From positions 5,184-69,183 of the forward strand of contig JAZLKM010000027.1 of NCBI GenBank assembly GCA_045597645.1: DNA of 64,000 nt, written 5' to 3'. Below, piece after piece: positions 62,234 through 64,000 of this stretch. The stretch is from Lachnospiraceae bacterium (GTDB lineage Bacteria > Bacillota > Clostridia > Lachnospirales > Lachnospiraceae). The notes under the pieces are model-generated. The model was not told where the DNA came from. It saw nothing but the letters and a program-made list of their open reading frames with translations, and did not search any database. The position numbers and the translations under genes are program-made. The stretch's first letter is position 1, and each line of letters opens with the position of its first letter.

Positions 62234-63319
62234 TTATACGTTATAGAACTCCTTATACCACTGAGCAAATCTCCTAAGGCCGTCCCTCAGACTGGTATTT
62301 GGCTTAAATCCATAGTCACGCTCTAACGGGGTAGTATCAGCATATGTCACAGGCACATCTCCCGGTTGCATGGGCACTAGCTTTTTATGAGCTTCAAAGT
62401 CATAGTCTTCAGGTAGCACCTTAGCTGCTATAAGCTCCTGCTGCAAAATGTCTACAAAATCAAGTAGGTTCTCAGGACTATTATTTCCAATGTTATATAC
62501 AGCGTAAGGCGGTATAGGCAGACCATCCTCACCTGTAGCCTTGTCTGGGGCACCCTGCATGATTCTGGTCACACCCTCAACTATATCATCCACATATGTG
62601 AAGTCACGCTTGCAGTTACCATAGTTGAATATCTGGATTTCTTTTCCGGCGCGCAGCTTGTCAGTAAATCCAAAGTACGCCATATCTGGTCTTCCTGCAG
62701 GTCCATACACTGTAAAGAATCTAAGTCCAGTAGACGGGATGTTATATAGCTTACTGTACGCATGGGCCATTAGCTCATTTGATTTCTTGGTGGCTGCATA
62801 GAGTGACACAGGATTATCTACCTGATCTTCAGTGGAATATGGCACCTTCTTGTTTGTGCCATATACAGAGGATGATGATGCATACACTAGATGCTCCACG
62901 CCCTTCTTATCGCCATCGTACGAGTGCCTGCATGCCTCCAGGATATTGTAAAAGCCAATTAGGTTGGCTTCCACGTAAGCGTCTGGGTTAGTTATTGAAT
63001 AACGTACTCCCGCTTGTGCCGCAAGATTAACCACTACATCAGGCTCATACTCTGCAAAAATTCGCTCAATCAATATTTTATCTGCTATGGATCCCTTAAC
63101 GAAAATCCACCTTATACCTTCATCCGGCCCTACAGCTTTGACTATCTGCTCAAGTCTCCACTCCTTGATGCTCACATCATAATAGTCGTTCATGTTGTCG
63201 ATTCCTATTATTTTAGCTGTAGGAAAATCCTTGAGGAGCCTAAGCACAAGATTTGCGCCTATGAAGCCCGCAGCTCCTGTTACGAATATAGTTTTTCCAT
63301 CAAGTGATATTTTTTGCAT
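62234..63319 (-). CDS. NAD-dependent nucleotide-sugar epimerase, UDP-glucuronate 4-epimerase type (Cap1J/WbnF-like)
   Basis: 361 aa with VTGAAGFIGANL, YASSSSVYG, YAATKKSNELMAHAYSKLY and RFFTVYGPAGRPDMA. Confidence 0.8.
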   Translation of the reverse strand: MQKISLDGKTIFVTGAAGFIGANLVLRLLKDFPTAKIIGIDNMNDYYDVSIKEWRLEQIVKAVGPDEGIRWIFVKGSIADKILIERIFAEYEPDVVVNLAAQAGVRYSITNPDAYVEANLIGFYNILEACRHSYDGDKKGVEHLVYASSSSVYGTNKKVPYSTEDQVDNPVSLYAATKKSNELMAHAYSKLYNIPSTGLRFFTVYGPAGRPDMAYFGFTDKLRAGKEIQIFNYGNCKRDFTYVDDIVEGVTRIMQGAPDKATGEDGLPIPPYAVYNIGNNSPENLLDFVDILQQELIAAKVLPEDYDFEAHKKLVPMQPGDVPVTYADTTPLERDYGFKPNTSLRDGLRRFAQWYKEFYNV

Positions 63320-63321
63320 AA

Positions 63322-64000
63322 CTACTCCTCACCATTCTTTCTAGTAATACATGCCATACCCATGAATAACGGCAATCCAACTAAAAGCACGTATACGTAT
63401 CTTAACGAAAATGCAACCGGTGTCGCTATCATAATGGTCACCCAATTTAATAATGCTGGCAAGAACACCAGGCTCTGCTTACTATCTTTGACAAAAATCA
63501 ACGTCAAGCACAGCATCATTATCCAAAATAGCGTACCGCTCTCCACAAAGTATTTTTGAGGAGTGACCGAAATGGCCTTACCGGTAATCCGCTGATACAG
63601 ATCTGTATTCTCTATTCCAAAGCCTCCATCAAAGGTTATTGTATCTGCGTATCCGTATGAATCCTGAACAAACGGAACCCAATATCCAAATGTTTCCATA
63701 ATGTATGCTTCAATATATTTTCCAGGATATCTGACCAGACCATGAACCCAAGCTGTAAGAAATCCTTTTTTATTAGAATCAAACAAATCTGAATTAAATC
63801 CGTCTGCCCATTTGATATTGTCTGCGAGGCACGGCGCGTATTCGCTCTTCCAAGTATCTTGAGGAAGAATTTGATAGAGCAACTGCTCATCCGGTTCAGG
63901 CAGCTCGCTTCCATCAGAGATTACTGCAGCCAGCTGCTGAAGCGGTATCCCCATATTTTCCTTGTAGTCTCCACGAATATCCCAGATATGCGTCACACTT
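63322..64000 (-). CDS. C-terminal part of a large membrane protein (5' end outside the window)
   Basis: The reading frame is open to the window edge; the M in the track is only a GTG at 63996. A hydrophilic region is followed by about three C-terminal TMs (…SLRYVYVLLVGLPLFMG). Confidence 0.5.
   Translation of the reverse strand, partial: SVTHIWDIRGDYKENMGIPLQQLAAVISDGSELPEPDEQLLYQILPQDTWKSEYAPCLADNIKWADGFNSDLFDSNKKGFLTAWVHGLVRYPGKYIEAYIMETFGYWVPFVQDSYGYADTITFDGGFGIENTDLYQRITGKAISVTPQKYFVESGTLFWIMMLCLTLIFVKDSKQSLVFLPALLNWVTIMIATPVAFSLRYVYVLLVGLPLFMGMACITRKNGEE

Noticed and set aside
90-63559. All plus-strand ORFs in the track, for example 12479-13051 (190 aa), 36485-37120 (211 aa), 53186-53677 (163 aa) and 13395-13889 (164 aa).
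   Set aside because: Each lies entirely antisense to a minus-strand gene with strong family motifs. Their products are Ser/Leu/Cys-rich and low in complexity, as expected for antisense frames, and none has a convincing SD or recognisable domain.
1-64000. Search by eye for mobile elements, tRNA/rRNA genes, CRISPR repeats, toxin-antitoxin or phage-defence genes.
   Set aside because: I recognised no transposase, integrase or recombinase motifs, no regularly spaced repeats, no tRNA-like or rRNA-like segments and no defence-system domains. The only non-coding stretches are the three short regulatory spacers described above.

Overview
All credible genes in this 64-kb window (about 55 CDS) lie on the minus strand. 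They are tightly packed, often with ATGA or TAATG start/stop overlaps. I found no rRNA, tRNA, CRISPR array, transposase, integrase or phage gene. The plus-strand ORFs in the track look like antisense shadows of well-supported minus-strand genes.

The window is one very large surface-glycan biosynthesis super-locus. The gene families suggest a Gram-positive, Clostridia-like organism (DltA/DltC-like proteins, EpsG, CapE/F/G, a LytTR plus membrane-partner pair), but that taxonomic guess is low confidence.

Transcription runs from high to low coordinates. By eye there are four blocks:
- (1) 64000-58495: three large GT-C-like membrane proteins plus a UDP-glucuronate 4-epimerase.
- (2) 58476-55669: a stand-alone LytTR regulator, a small membrane partner, then a hairpin and direct repeats, then an ABC-2 exporter, ending in a strong intrinsic terminator.
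- (3) 55521-20005: about 35 kb with no obvious internal terminator.
  - It starts with a bacillosamine-type module (PglF/E/D/C-like).
  - Next come a TviB/TviC-like UDP-GalNAcA module and a Wzx/EpsG core.
  - A split FnlA/B/C (CapE/F/G) L-FucNAc pathway follows, interrupted by a second nonulosonic-acid (NeuC/NeuB/CMP-transferase-like) module that carries a radical SAM/SPASM-twitch enzyme and a CBS protein.
  - It also holds two paralogous ~750-aa membrane proteins, a second large phosphoglycosyl transferase (PGT) and a chain-length-regulator-like protein with a degenerate kinase domain.
  - It ends in a terminator at about 19.96-20.0 kb.
- (4) 19831-2 (continuing past the left edge): a promoter-proximal DltA/DltC-like carrier-protein cassette with two GNAT-fold proteins and a cytoplasmic NodB deacetylase. 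This is followed by GT2/GT2/GT8 genes, a PglK/MsbA-type ABC half-transporter, a candidate sialyltransferase, NeuB/NeuC/NeuA, a D-2-hydroxyacid dehydrogenase, another large PGT, an orphan membrane protein and two GT4s.

The strongest candidates for undescribed biology:
- the DltB/DltD-less carrier-protein acylation cassette (15.0-19.8 kb)
- the radical-SAM-decorated nonulosonic-acid module (28.5-32.8 kb)
- the paralogous giant membrane proteins (25.0-27.4 and 37.6-39.8 kb)
- the motif-bearing orphan next to neuB (9.0-10.3 kb)

Every functional call comes from motif and family recognition by eye. No database search was run.
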